64,000 bases of DNA from the human T2T-CHM13v2.0 reference genome, Homo sapiens (GCF_009914755.1 NC_060942.1), one strand, 5' to 3'. Shown: positions 27,801 to 42,265, numbered from the stretch's first letter. A program made the numbers and translations. Notes: generated from the letters alone by a model not told the origin.

Positions 27801-27980
27801 ACTACTTAAATCCAACACACCTCATGACCGGGTGTGGGATCAGTCCCCTCCTTACTACTTAAATCAAACACACCTCATGACCGGGTGTGTGATCAGTCCC
27901 CTCCTTACAACTTAAATCAAACACACCACATGACCGGGTGTGGGATCAGTACCTCCCCTCTCCGCTCCGCCTTACTACTT
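12886..27980. repeat. 53-bp minisatellite (VNTR), ~15 kb, ~284 units
   Basis: Unit AAATCAAACACACTGCATGACCGGGTGTGTGATCAGCCCCCTCCTTACTACTT repeated head-to-tail with a small set of recurrent variants. Confidence 0.99.
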
Positions 27981-28069
27981 TTCAGAGTATTTGGAGTTAT
28001 CAGGTCTTTGATCACTCAAGAAATAAAAGAAGCCTCATAATCTCTTGGTTATTAAAAATGTGTGCTTTC

Positions 28070-28446
<377 letters not shown>

Positions 28447-29135
28447 TTAATACCAAATCTCCCAGCTTAGGTCTGGATTTGAGTATAAACAGTAACTTAG
28501 ACAATTTAGTATTTGACATTCCTTTAATTCTAGGGAAAAATCAACAGAATGGCATTTCCCAAAGCAATCTTTGACTAACTTTGAGTTTTAATATTGGCCT
28601 AATGAATGTTGAGTGTGTTTTGATCGATGGTTACCGTCCCCAGGCACAAAGCCCTGGTGTCAAATGCATTACCCTACTTGCTCCCCACGTAAGTCACAGT
28701 GATGCCTATTTTCCAATGTGGTGCCAAAGCAGAAACTGCAGTGAGGGGCAAGACACTGGCCTGGGAATCAACTTATTTTGGAAAACACTGAATGAAAGGT
28801 AAGGTTAAGCTGCTTTTCTTTGCTGAAGGAGATCTTAGAGCCTTAAATACACTCATGGACTTATAGCCAAGAAGTTTTAGCTCTCCAAGAGTGGAATGCA
28901 GAGTGCACAGTTCCCAAAAATAGTCGACCCCAGAGCTCGTCTTAGGAAACCCTGAACTTTGTGATGACTACAACACTTTGGTGTGGTTGGGTGCCAACAC
29001 CCAACCATTCCCCACGATTCCCCGGGTGACACTCAGACACTTGAAGCAGGTGAACCTCCCACCACTTCATCAGCTAAGGTGCTGCCTTCCCGGTCTCTCG
29101 TCTGTGGGCACCCCCGTGTCCCCCCAGAGTGGCAT

Positions 29136-29578
29136 GTGTAAGTGTCCTGGGGCCGCCATGACAAATGACCACAAGTTGGGGGCTTTCAACACAGAAATTC
29201 ATCCTCTCACAGTTCTGGGACGAGAAGTCCAAGATCAAGGTGTTTGCAGCCACGCTCCCTCTGGAGCCATGAGGGGGGTCCTTCCTTCCGTCAACCAGCG
29301 GCTGGTGGCTCCAAGCACTCCCTGGCATTGGTAGTCGCCTCCGTCCAACCCCCGCCTCCATCTTCACATGGCCATCTCCCCCGATGTGTCTCTGTGTATC
29401 CCTTCTTGTCTTATGAGGACACCAGTCACTGGGTTTAGGGTCCACCCTCCCCCACTATGATTTCATCTTAATGAATCACATCTGCAAAGACCCTCTTTCC
29501 ACATAGGGCCACATTCACAGACTCAGACGGCTCATCCTGGAACTCATCTTTTGGTGGGACACAGCTGAGCCCACAACA
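29136..29578 (-). mobile_element. MLT1 (C/D-like) MaLR solo LTR
   Basis: CAGAAATTCATCCTCTCACAGTTCTGG..AGAAGTCCAAGATCAAGGTG, ACATCTGCAAAGACCCT; ends GGGACACAGCTGAGCCCACAACA. Confidence 0.85.
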
Positions 29579-30355
29579 GGCCCCTTCTTATATTAGGGCT
29601 CCCATTGGTCAGGGCCCTGGCAGGAAGCAGTGGGAGCACAGAAGCCTTTCACAGGAGCGTTCAGTGGCGGACTGCTCACAGAGGGACAGCAGGGCTATGG
29701 GAGCCAGTGGCGGCCGAGCCTCCCAGGGACCCAGCAAGAGCGGGGCTTGAGGGTCCTGCCGTCTGGATGGAGCAGTGGGTGGAGCAGAGGACAGAGGCTG
29801 ACACACACAGTTGCCACCAGACCACACCGCAAGAAGAGATCGAGGGGACGCCACTGAAGCCCCTCCTCCTCCCCCACAGACCTCCTGCCCCCTGTCTCTG
29901 GGTCCACTTGGCCCTCAGAGGCCAGTGCGCCTCAGCAGTCAGCTTCCCGGGCATAGCACACGCAGAGGCAGACAATGCACCTGCAGGGACGAGGAGAACA
30001 ACCAGCACGTCTCGCGCTCCTCAAGCCCAGGCTCTCTCCCTGGGAGTGCTCAAATTCAGGCTCTAAAGCAGAGCTTGCAGAATGGTGGGACGGGCCGACC
30101 TCAGCACGCTAGCCCGGATGAGTCCTGCCCACTATGCTCTGCTGTTCTTTTTAATTGGCTGGGTTATGAAATTGTGCCCCATTTACCCCCAAACCCAGAT
30201 TTCCCACTTCTGCAAAGCAGACTAGATCTGGACCTGTTGGGCCTGCATTCCTGCACCGTCACCCTTGCTTGGAGCTGAGTCTCAGCTGTCCTCTGCACAA
30301 GTGCAGGGGTCCCATTTGCCAGTTCTCACCACTTCTGGTGCACCCTGAGTTCATG

Positions 30356-30712
30356 TGCTGTGGTCTGAATGTCCGTGTCCCTCCAAAATGCATACGCTGG
30401 AAGCCAGTCCCTAAGGTGATGGTGCTAGGATGTGGGGCTCCTGGAAGGGACTAGATCACAGGGCGGAACCCTCATAAAAATGTGATTAGGGGCCTTATAA
30501 AAGGGCCCGAGGGAGCTCATTCATCCCTTTCACCTCGTGAGACCACTGCCAGAAGGTGCTGGCCATGAGGGATGGTCCCTCACTGGACACCAGATCTTGC
30601 CACACTTTGATCTTGGACTTCCAGCCTCCAGAACTGTGAGCAATAGGTTCTGCTGCTTATAAATCACAGTCTCAGGTGTTTTTTTTACAGCACCCTGCAC
30701 AGATGAAGGCGG
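30356..30712 (+). mobile_element. MLT1A-like MaLR solo LTR
   Basis: Starts TGCTGTGGTCTGAATGTCCGTGTCCCTCCAAAAT; contains CCTTATAAAAG and TTGATCTTGGACTTCCAGCCTCCAGAACTGTGAG. Confidence 0.85.
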
Positions 30713-30754
30713 TGTGTGCCGACTGTCTCATCGTTTCGCTTGGCCTGTTGCTTT

Positions 30755-30846
30755 TCCTTTAAGTCAAGTATCCTCACGCCTGGCTGCTTATGATACACTG
30801 TCCTTTAAGTCAGGTATCCTCAAGCCTGGCTGCTTACAATGCACTG
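30755..30846. repeat. 46-bp tandem duplication (2 copies)
   Basis: TCCTTTAAGTCA(A/G)GTATCCTCA(C/A)GCCTGGCTGCTTA..AT.CACTG at 30755 and 30801. Confidence 0.9.
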
Positions 30847-31147
30847 CTCTGTGGATGTCTGTCTGTGAGTGCTGCTTTTGGGCACAGTGTTGATGTTTTT
30901 AGTACGTCAGTAGCTTTGGCTATTTCTGTTCTTATTTCCTGCACAAATAAAAGCAAGTAGGAGTCTCATGTTTTACAGCAATGCCTGCTATGTGGGCTCT
31001 GCACCTCTAGCTAAGGGGAGTCTGTAGACACCTGGGTGTTGTCAGGGTGACCTCCAGTCTGCAGCCACCTCTAAGAGTCCCCTCCACTGCAGGTGCCATT
31101 CCAGTCTATAATTACTCCCAATCTCTCAGCACCAACCTCTCTCCTAG

Positions 31148-31476
<329 letters not shown>

Positions 31477-32327
31477 TGAGCTTTAAAAACAAACAAAATA
31501 TTCATATCAGGCTTGAGTTTCATTGTTTAATTTTCATGCTTATTTGTAGTCACCAAAGTATAGACATTTGTCAAACCAAAATGGGTTGTGAAGAGCTGAG
31601 CTTCCAAGCTGGAAGCCATGAGCTCACCTCCACATTGGAGCTTCCACCTGAGCACATGCTGCTGCAATTGGAAAGTGGGAATGAGAGCCTAATCCACAAG
31701 CGGGCAGCAATCTGGTGACTGTGCACACTCCACTGAGGGGCCAGGCCTTCCGGGCTTAGAAACAGCAGAGACAGCTGACCCCGATTAGAGGGACTGCTGT
31801 TATACGCATTCACAGGCACAACCAGGCTCAACACAGCTGCCCCAGGTGGAACACGCCAGGCCAGTCCGGGCTGCTGCCCAGGCTTCTTGGTGTTGTCACC
31901 TGAGGCAAGACCCTTCTGTTCTGGAGTCACACAGCAATTGTCCCCTCCACAGCCCATAATGTCTCTCAATACCTGTCTACTCCAACTGAATCCTGCATGT
32001 TTCTTCTTCTTTTATTTGCACTTATATTTCCTCCAAATCCTTTGAGAAACAGACCCTGCCTGCTTGTAATATTACAACATGAAGAGGTTGGGGATTCAGC
32101 TCTCTGTTGTACGTAAGTGGCTACAAAAATCCCTCTGTGGCCTTCAGAAAGTTACCTGGTCTTTCTGAATCTGTTTTCCTATCTGGCCAAGGAGGAATAA
32201 TAACTGTTACTCTACTCGTGCATGCTATTATAAACAACTTCAGAATATCTGAAGATTAGATTGTTATTATTTATACCCAGAACATGTTAGGCACTGCCAA
32301 GAACTGGGAAGGAGCTGGGATTTTACC

Positions 32328-32768
32328 CGTTACAAGCTAAGAGTTGGCCTGCACACGTTCAGGGATGCTGGCAGAAGATACGAGACTCCTGGGTCAGAGA
32401 GAAAGGACAGTCTATTACTCACACCACCAGCAGGAGCCAGCACCCCAGCACCTTGCAGCAGTTCCCACGGGGTGTGCGATGAGGACCAGGCAGGGCCTGC
32501 AAACTGCTGCAGGGCATGGGAGGAGCCTGGGCTTAGGGCCCCCGAGCCTTTTATAACAGGCACTGAGCTTGCCTGCCCTGTGCCCCAAAGGAAAACATCA
32601 TTCCTGTCTTCCACGGCTGTGAGCAAGCCTGCCCATGGCTCCTGGGGAGACACTGTCTTCACCTTCCGAGGCTGCTTGCTACATAAACACCCTTGAAAAG
32701 ATCATCCAGAACAAAGGGAACTCAGTGCCGGCTCAATGTGAGAAATCCTTTCAGAATTGTCTCCCAGA
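32328..32768 (-). mobile_element. ERVL-class solo LTR (LTR40-like)
   Basis: Minus strand begins ..GGGAGACAATTCT, has CTTTTCAAGGGTGTTTATGTAGC, and ends with CTCTGACCCAGGAGTCTCGT.TCTTCTGCCAGCATCC; subfamily recalled from memory. Confidence 0.6.
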
Positions 32769-33339
32769 GGGAACTCAACCTGACTCCAAAAATGCCTTCA
32801 TCTCATAGACAGACTCCACTCGTTTAACAAAATGGGTACAAGCATCTCTAATACAGCGAGATATTAAGTTAAAAAGCAAACTCTGACTTTCATTAGCTAG
32901 AAAGATATAGGGCCTTGTATCTAAAAATCTGAATCAATACACAGATTTATGACTCTTCTCCAGCGCATAACCCAAGTGTGATCGTCATATCCATTTTCTC
33001 CTTTCCATTTTCTGTCATGAAACGTAACATGGAAAACCAAAGAAAGGAAAAACGGTGCAGTCACCTCGATGTTGTGGCTAGATTGGCTAAAACTGATATA
33101 ATAACGGCATTAAAGTATCTCTCGCAAGCGTCATTGCCTAAGTCGCCTTCTCTGAGTGACATTGATGGGAAATTCCTTTCAAATGGATGACTTTTTATGT
33201 TGAATTAATTTGGTTTGCAAGAAAAAGACATGGAATCCAACAGCCGGCTGGATCAGGGGCGCGTCTTCAACAGTATCTCTCTCCGGAAAGTGTTGCTCTC
33301 CTTTCTATTGTGAAGAAAAATTTCTGCTGGAGGACGGGT

Positions 33340-33660
33340 GCCCTGTGAGCCGTGGCCACGGCTATGAGCCCACGGACCCACGAGAAAGCCAGTGTGGCTG
33401 GGCAGCAGGTCCTGCTCCCCCCGGCCCGTGGCCAGGCAGGTGCGCAGGGGCCGAGTCCTGCCCGTGGCTCCACCCAGCTCCAGCTCCGGGACCCGCGCGG
33501 GGAGTCAGGGCAGCGGGTCCTGGGCCGTGGCGCCTCCGTCTGCAGGGACTTCTTGTAATCACCAAGCAGCGCGGTTGTATTCTTCACAGTCCCCCACATT
33601 GGCGTGGCTGGAGCCTCCCATTCGAAGCTGAGATCTGGGCACTCACCGAGTATACTAACG
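33340..33660. promoter_or_regulatory. Small CpG/GC-rich patch
   Basis: ~300 bp of high GC with many CpGs in an AT-rich context, not matching a repeat I recognise. Confidence 0.4.
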
Positions 33661-34239
33661 TCTCACTAAAAGCTACCAGGGTTATTGATACAAATCAAAT
33701 TATCCCGAACAATTCTGGTATGTTCCCAGAAAAGTATGGCTAAAAATAACTCAGCCGCCTATCTCTCCCTTGGTAGTAGGTTGCTGGTTTTCCGAATTTT
33801 CACTATGAAAAATAAAATACTTGAGGCCTCAAGAGCTGTTTTTAATTAAATTGCCAAGTTTCCCATTGAGGGTTATCTGCAAATTATGCTGCTTTCTTTT
33901 TTATGTGAAATGAGCATTGTTCCACGGGCAGCGTTGTGAAACCCAGCCCTGCAGAGGAGCCAGCAGCCTGGCAGGATGTGGACGCTGGAATCCCTGTCAC
34001 CGTGATTCCACGCAGTATGAACACAGCCAAGTGGAGGGCGGGGCTGCTGGCCTTGGGTGGCTGACCTGGAGACTGGATGCTGTAACTCTGTCACCCTCGG
34101 TCAGAGGTAGAAGCACAGAGCCTTTGCTGATGCAGGTGACAATCTATTATCTTCGAGAAACTTGAACTGCTTTGAAGACCGGAAGTGGTTCTATAATTTA
34201 TTGGATGGTAAGCCCGACCAGAACTAGTGGGGGTATTTA

Positions 34240-34455
34240 TAGTATGTATGTGTGTGTCCTATATATATCCTGTATATGTACACACACAGACACACATATG
34301 TATACACACACATACATCTAACATCCTATATATACACATACATATGTATAAATACACATATACACACATAGGTACATACACACAATGTATATACATGCAT
34401 AGACACACCTATACATGCACATAAACATACACATATATACATGTATACATACACT
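34240..34455. repeat. Degenerate (TA/CA/TG)n purine-pyrimidine microsatellite
   Basis: ATATATACACATACATATGTAT-type alternating RY tract. Confidence 0.9.
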
Positions 34456-34459
34456 CGAA

Positions 34460-35138
34460 CATTGGGATATAATTGATAAACCCATCAAAAGTTGAAAATA
34501 TCGTAAGCTGGGAATGATTTTAATACACCTCACCTACCGAACATTCTGCCTTAGCCTCGCCTACCTTCGACTTGCTCAGAACTCTGACCTAGGCCACAGC
34601 TGGGCAAAATCACTCGGCAGCAAAATCACCTGGCAGCATGGTCAGTGCTCGCAGAGAGCAGTGGATCCTGGTGGCACGTGGCTGACTGGGGACTTCAGCT
34701 TTCTGCTGCAGAGAGGAGCCTGGGAAAAGACCAAAATCCAAAAGTCAAGGTATTGCTTCTACTGAATATGTATCACTTTCACACCATGGTAAAGGAGAAA
34801 AATTGTAAGTTAAGGCCAGGCACCATGGCTGATGCCTGTAATCCCAGAACTTTGGCCAAGAAAGGAGGATCACTTGAGCCCGGGAGTTCGAGACCAGCCT
34901 GGGCAATATAGCAAGACCCTGTCTCTACAAAAAAATACAGAAATTAGCTGGGTGTGGCGGCTCACACCTGTAGCCCCAGCTGCATGGAGGCTAAAGTGGG
35001 ACAATAGATTGAACAGGGAGGTCGTGACTGCAGTGAACCCTGATTGTGCCACTCTGCACTCCAGCTTGGGTGACAGGGCAAGACCCTGTCTCAAAAACAA
35101 AACTGTAAGTCGACCCATTGTAAGTTGGGGGCCATCTG
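34460..35138 (+). mobile_element. MER47A/Tigger5-like DNA transposon interrupted by an Alu
   Basis: GATAAACCCATC..AAGTTGAAAATATCGTAAG, AATACACCT.ACCTACCGAACAT, CACTTTCACACCATGGTAAAG; 3' TIR GTAAGTTGGGGGCCATCTG followed by TA. Confidence 0.8.
34815..35100 (+). mobile_element. AluJ inserted in MER47
   Basis: GGAGGATCACTTGAGCCCGGGAGTTCGAGACCAGCCTGGGCAA (J-type); TSD AAAA(T/C)TGTAAGT. Confidence 0.9.
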
Positions 35139-35228
35139 TACACACGTGCGTACATATACACACATACATATACACATACATGTATATAAACATATGCATA
35201 TATGCATATACACACGTGTGTATATACC
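35139..35228. repeat. Degenerate (TA/CA)n microsatellite
   Basis: TACACACGTGCGTACATATACACACATACATA... directly after the MER47 TIR. Confidence 0.9.
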
Positions 35229-35405
35229 TACTTACATCAACCTAATGAAGGTGAGTATTTGCTAATGGTGAATATTCGTGTTTCCCTTCAGAAGTATATG
35301 ACTGACTGTGACTGTGGGACGCTCCCAAGAGCCTCTGAACGTGTTACGTGGGACATGGAATGCACACTGCATTGCCTTTCTCATATTCAAAGTACGCTAG
35401 ATTTT

Positions 35406-35712
<307 letters not shown>

Positions 35713-35730
35713 TCAAAGTGAAAGAATTCA

Positions 35731-36040
<310 letters not shown>

Positions 36041-36700
36041 GGTGAAAGATTTCAATAAATGGTGGATTATTCCATGTTCACAAATTGTAAGGATTTGGTC
36101 TATAGATGGATTCAGTGCAATACGATGGAAATCCAGATTGCTATTTTATAAGTTGACGAGCAGGTTCTAAAATTTGTATGGAAATGCAAAGATTCAAGAA
36201 CAGCCAAGGCAATCCTGAAGACCAAGTTTGATGCTCACATCACTCAACGCCAAGACGTGACCCTAGTGCCATCGTGCAGGACAGTGTGATTTCAGCGAGA
36301 CAAAGGACATGTGGGGCAGAATGAAGAGTCGGGAAACACACATACCCACATATGAATACTTGATTTATGACCAATTAACCTTGCAGAGCAGCAAGGGAAG
36401 GGTGGTGGTTTTGATCCACGGTGCTGGTCATTGGGATAACCACAGGACAAAACTGGAAACTTGGCCCTTGTGCCACCCCATACCAAAAAAAAAAATTCAA
36501 CCCCAGGTGAATTGTAGGCCTAAATGTGAAAAGTAAATAATAAAGCTTCTAGAAAATCACATAGGACAAAGTATCTTTATGGGCTCAGTGAAGATTCTTC
36601 AAAACAGATTATAAAAAATATTAAAAACAAAAAATTGATCAAAATTAAGATCTTCTGTTAATTAAAAGACACAGTAGAGTGAAAAGACAAGCAGCAGGAT
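36041..36700 (+). mobile_element. Old L1M ORF2-derived fragment
   Basis: TATAGATGGATTCAGTGCAAT, CTAAAATTTGTATGGAAATGCAAAG..CAAGAACAGCCAAGGCAATC, AAAGCTTCTAGAAAA; many stops. Confidence 0.8.
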
Positions 36701-37647
36701 GAGCAATGACACGACAAGCACACACCAAAGCACACACCACTGACTTCTGCTTTCAGGAAGGTGAGTGAACACACATTTTCTTCTCCCTCTCACTAAATAC
36801 AGCTGAAATCCCTGGATATCACATGTAAAACAAACCCAAGAAGACTCTGGAAGGTGGGGAGACAAAAGCAGACAGGTTGGGAGCTCAGGACCTGAGGAAT
36901 GGGGCAGAGCCTCCCCTAGGTTCTCTCAGACGTGGGGATGAGAAGCTGGTAGCAGAAAAGCCCAGGCACAGACAAAAAAAGGATTAACAAAAGCCTGTAT
37001 TCTCCAGCCTAAGGGCCAGGAAAGGGGCTACCCAGCATGAGAGAAAATTTTCAGACCATCTACCAGCTACTTCAACGAAATTCTGTCCCTACCCCTAACC
37101 ACACCTGCAGCCTCCCTCACAAGACTGCAACGAGGATCCCAGTATCCCACCAGTGTGGTTTCAAACAAGGACCTTCCTTCCTGCCAGCTAAAGATGAGGA
37201 CCCCACCCTGCCGTGGCAGCAGAGAGCATGTGGGGAGCCTGACGTCCACCCCCACTGGCAGCAACAGAGGCCCCCTCCTACTCCATACTAGGAGAGTCTG
37301 GACTTTCTCCAGCCCCTAGTGGTGATATGGACAAATACCACCATCACCCCCTACCCATTTCACTCTCCCGCCGCCACCATGGTGCCAGCAGTGATCATGC
37401 TGGGAGCCAGGACTGCCACAGCTGTTCAGCATAACAATGACACCCCCCATGCCCCAATCTCAGGCATCAACAGAGGCTGTGTGGGGAACTGGACTCCTGC
37501 CCCCACCCGGCAGGAACAAGGGGGCACCTCCACTCCTGTTGCTGGAGTGCTGTCAGAAAAAATCAGTTACAAGAGAAGGTTTAAATAAGATCCAGAGTCT
37601 CCTAACATGATGTGAAAGGGTCCAGGTTTCAATCTAAAGTCACTTGT

Positions 37648-37977
<330 letters not shown>

Positions 37978-38163
37978 TCACAGCAAGAACCAGGAAAATC
38001 TCAAACTATGAGAAAAGGACAATCAACAGAGGCCAAGCTGAGAGGGCAGAGATGTTAAAATCCTGACAATGATTTTATAGCATCCATGATAAAATGCTTC
38101 AACAGGCAATTGCAAATATGCTTGAAACAAATGAAAAAAACAAAAAACAAAAAACAGAAAATC

Positions 38164-38457
38164 TTTTTTTTTTTTTTTTGAGATGGAGTCTTGCTCTGTC
38201 GCCAAAGCTGGAGTGCAATGACACAATCTCAGCTCACTGCAACCTCCACTTCCCGGGTTCAAGCAATTCTCCTGCCTCAGCCTCCTGAGTAGCTTGGATT
38301 ACAGGTGCCCACCACCGTGCCCGGCTAATTTTTGTATTTTTTAAAGATGGGGTTTCACCGTCTTGGTCAGGCTGGTCTCAAACTCCTGACCTCAGGTGAT
38401 CCACCCACCTCAGCCTCCCAAAGTGCTAGGATTACAGGCGTGAGCCACTGTGCCTGG
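38164..38457 (-). mobile_element. AluS, antisense, with TSD
   Basis: Poly(T)-GAGATGGAGTCTTGCTCTGTC...GTGAGCCACTGTGCCTGG; TSD AAAAACA(G/A)AAAATCT. Confidence 0.97.
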
Positions 38458-39068
38458 CAAAAAACAAAAAATCTTGACAAAGAAATAGAAGATATAAAGA
38501 AGAATCAAACAAATTTTAGAACTGAAAAATATAAAAGCCAAATAAAAAGCTCAGTCAATGGTCTCAACAGCAAAATGGAGGGTGAAGAAAAAAGAATTAG
38601 TAAAATGGAAGATAGAATAAGAGAAATTACCCAACCTGAACAATAAAGACAAAATAGACTGAAAAAAAAGAACCTGAGACACCTGTGAGATGATAAGAAA
38701 AGATCTAACACTCCCATCAAGAGAGTACCAGAAGGAAAAGCAAGAGTGGGACTAAAAAAATACTGAAAGAAATAATGGCTGAAAATTTTCTAATTTGATG
38801 AGACGACCTACAGATTCAAGAAGCTGGAAAAACCTCAAACAGGGTAAGCCCAAATCCACACTAAGCTATGTCATAATTAAACTTTTGGAAACTAAAGACA
38901 AAAAGCTTTGAAAGCAGCCAGAGAAAAACAGAACTTCACTTATAGGAGAAAACAATTTAAATGATAGCAGATTTCTCATCAAAAAACACGGAGGCCTGAA
39001 GAAAGCAGCAAAATATTTTTCAGGTGCTGAAAGAAAAGAACCATCAACTCAGAATTCTATTCCCAGCA

Positions 39069-39252
39069 TGAAACCATGACCAAAATCAGGACGATGAATA
39101 GATTCATAGCCACAAAAGTTGTTTAACAACCTTTGTAATCATGCCATCCTCCTCCCTCCTCACCCAGTTCTCAATTGCTTATCTTCTCTCTGTTGCTAAA
39201 TATTCATTTGCATTTACTTGAATTTTATATAAAGGAAATACAGTATTTTTTT
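39069..39252 (-). mobile_element. Short L1M 3' end inserted antisense into the L1
   Basis: CCTTTGTAATC..CCTCCCTCC..TTCATTTGCATTT..GAATTTTATATAAA.GGAA; flanked by GAATTCTATTCCCAG / GAATCCTGTGCCCAG. Confidence 0.65.
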
Positions 39253-39579
39253 AAGGAATCCTGTGCCCAGAAAAAAAATGTTCTTCAGGAACCAAGGGGA
39301 AATCAACTTTGTCAGATGAAGATGAACTAAGAAAGTTTGTTGCAAGTCGGCTTACTCTAAAAGAATGGCTAAATGAATTTTTATAAATAGAAATGGAATG
39401 ACATAAGAAATAACCTTGAATCATCGGGAAGAAAGAACATGGTAAGCCAAAATATGAGTAAATATAATAGGCTTTCATTCTCCTCTTAAGCAAATTATAT
39501 TCGACTGTTGAAGTAAGTATAACATTGTCTGATGTGGCTGTAAATAGGTAGAGAAGAAATATTTAAGAAAATTACATTA

Positions 39580-40237
<658 letters not shown>

Positions 40238-40415
40238 GGAATGTACTACTGGGAGATAAGATTGCTATACTCCAACTGAACTGGTAAAATGAGAACACCA
40301 ATAGACTGTGATCACTAGACATATATAATGTAATACCTAGAGCTGTCACCAAACAAGCTATACAAAGAGATACACTCAAAACATTACAGATAAATCCAAA
40401 TGGAATTCTACAAAA

Positions 40416-41250
40416 TCCCCATGCCTAAGCACCCACCAATCTGCTCTTTGTTTCTTTGGATTTGCCTATTCTGGAAATATTATACAAATAAATCCATACA
40501 ATACAAGGCCTTTCACGACTGGCTTCTTTTACTCAGCATAAGTTTTGTCTGCATTGTAGCAGGTACCAGTGCCTCATTCCTTTTCATGGTGAGTAACATT
40601 CCACTATGTGGATATACCACATTTTGTAACCCATTCATCAGGATGAACATTTGGGTTGTTTTCACCTTTTGATTATTATTACTAATGCTTCTATACATAT
40701 TCATGTACAAGTTTTCGTGTGGACATATTTCTTTTCTCATGGGTATATCCCAAGGGGTGGAATAGGTATGTTAAATGATGTCTACATTTCACCCTTTAAG
40801 GAACTGCCAGACTGCTTTCCAAAGCAAAGGCACCATTTTGCATTCCCACCAGCAGTATATGTGAGTTCCAATTTCTCTCCATCTTTGCCAACACTTGTTA
40901 TTGTCTGTCTTTCTCACTGTAGTCATCCTGATGAGTGTAAACTGTTGCCTCATTATGACTTTGATTGGCATTTTCCTAATGGCCAATGTTGAGCATCCTC
41001 TCATGTGCATGTTGACCATTTCCACATCTTCTTTGGACAAATGTCTATTCAAGTCTTTTGCCCGTTTGTTATTTGGGTCATTTATCTTCTTATTAGTGAG
41101 TTGTAGGGTTCTTTATATTTTCTAGATGCAAATCCCTTGTTAGACATATGGTTTTCAAATATTTCTTTTTCCATTCTGTGGGTTGTGTTTTTGCTTTCTC
41201 AATAGCGACCTTTAAAACACGAAAGTTGTAAATTTTGCCATAATTCAATT
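40416..41250 (-). mobile_element. L1MB-like 3' end/ORF2 C-terminal fragment, antisense
   Basis: GGATTTGCCTATTCTGG, AGGAACTGCCAGACTG.TTTCCAAAG, CATTCCCACCAGCAGT, TTTGGACAAATGTCTATTCAAGTC; the ORF at 40789-41052 resembles L1 ORF2 C-terminus. Confidence 0.9.
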
Positions 41251-41969
41251 TTTCCATAGAAATCGTAGAGCTTGAATTTCTTTCATGTTCATTCCTTCCA
41301 ATCCTATAATTCAACCACATAAATTAGTAAAGGCCCACAGGATAACAGACCTGAGAGAAACAAAACTGGGACTTGGAATTCAGAAAAGTGAGCTGTGATG
41401 TGAAAATAATGCCTGGCAGGGCTGGTTGGAATGATCTCTGGGCGACTGACACTTGTCTCTGGGGGCTGAGGCAGTGGCGTTGACGAGTGTGTAGAGGGAG
41501 GCAGGAGAGCCGCAGCTGAGTCCGCAGGTGCTCTCTGCTGACAGTGCTGTCCTGGAATGTGCACGGTGAGCACGTGCAGGCATGTAGGCTGTGGTCTGCC
41601 ACTTGCTGGGTCTGACGGATCTTCAGCAAATGCTTCTCACTCAAGCAATGGTGCCCCCTCACTTCACGCCTCAGCCTACATAAAATTATGAAATGAGATG
41701 GGTGAGAATGTGATGATCTCTTCAACTTTTAAATCCCATGGCTGTGTCTGGGACCTTCTGAAGGAAACACAAGTCATCTTCTGTTTAGTTGTCCCAACAG
41801 CCACATCCTCATATTCCTAGGTGGCTGAGAGCCAGTGTGAAAAGAATGTGTGCCTAGTTGCCCACATTTCGCATTCCTGAACAATTATTTGTTGACATCA
41901 TAGGAAGAGCCCAATTTTCATACTTTAATCAACATAATCAAGATTGACAAAAGCAGGTTTCACGATTAC

Positions 41970-42265
41970 TTTTTTTTTTTTTTTGAAATGGAGTCTCACT
42001 CTGTTGCCCAGGCTGGAGTGCAGTGGCACGATCTTGGCTCACTGCAACCTCCGCCTCCTGGATTCAAGCGATTCTCCTGCCTTCCGCCTCCTGAGTAGCT
42101 GGGATAACAGGCATGCACCACCAGACCCAGCTAATTTTTGTATTTTTAGTAGAGATGGGGTTTCACTATGTTGGTCAGGCTGGTCTCTAACTCCTGACCT
42201 CGTGATCCGCCTGCCTCAGCCTCCCAAAGTGCTGGGATTACACAAGTGAGCCACTGTGCCCGGCC
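41970..42265 (-). mobile_element. AluS (Sg/Sc-like), antisense
   Basis: Poly(T), CTCCTGACCTCGTGATCCGCC, ends GTGCCCGGCC. Confidence 0.97.

Noticed and set aside
12886-27980. CRISPR-like array (regular repeats with a hairpin)
   Set aside because: No unique spacers, units are contiguous near-identical copies, no cas genes, primate context
16942-28040. Repeated ORFs with C/H residues (YYLNQTHCMTGCVISP)
   Set aside because: Translations of the 53-bp unit; frames stay open only where 54-bp variants shift past the TAA; no zinc-finger spacing
29605-30278. 153/155-aa ORFs between two MLT1 LTRs, suggesting a proviral interior
   Set aside because: The LTRs are different subfamilies in opposite orientations, and the ORFs show no gag/pol similarity
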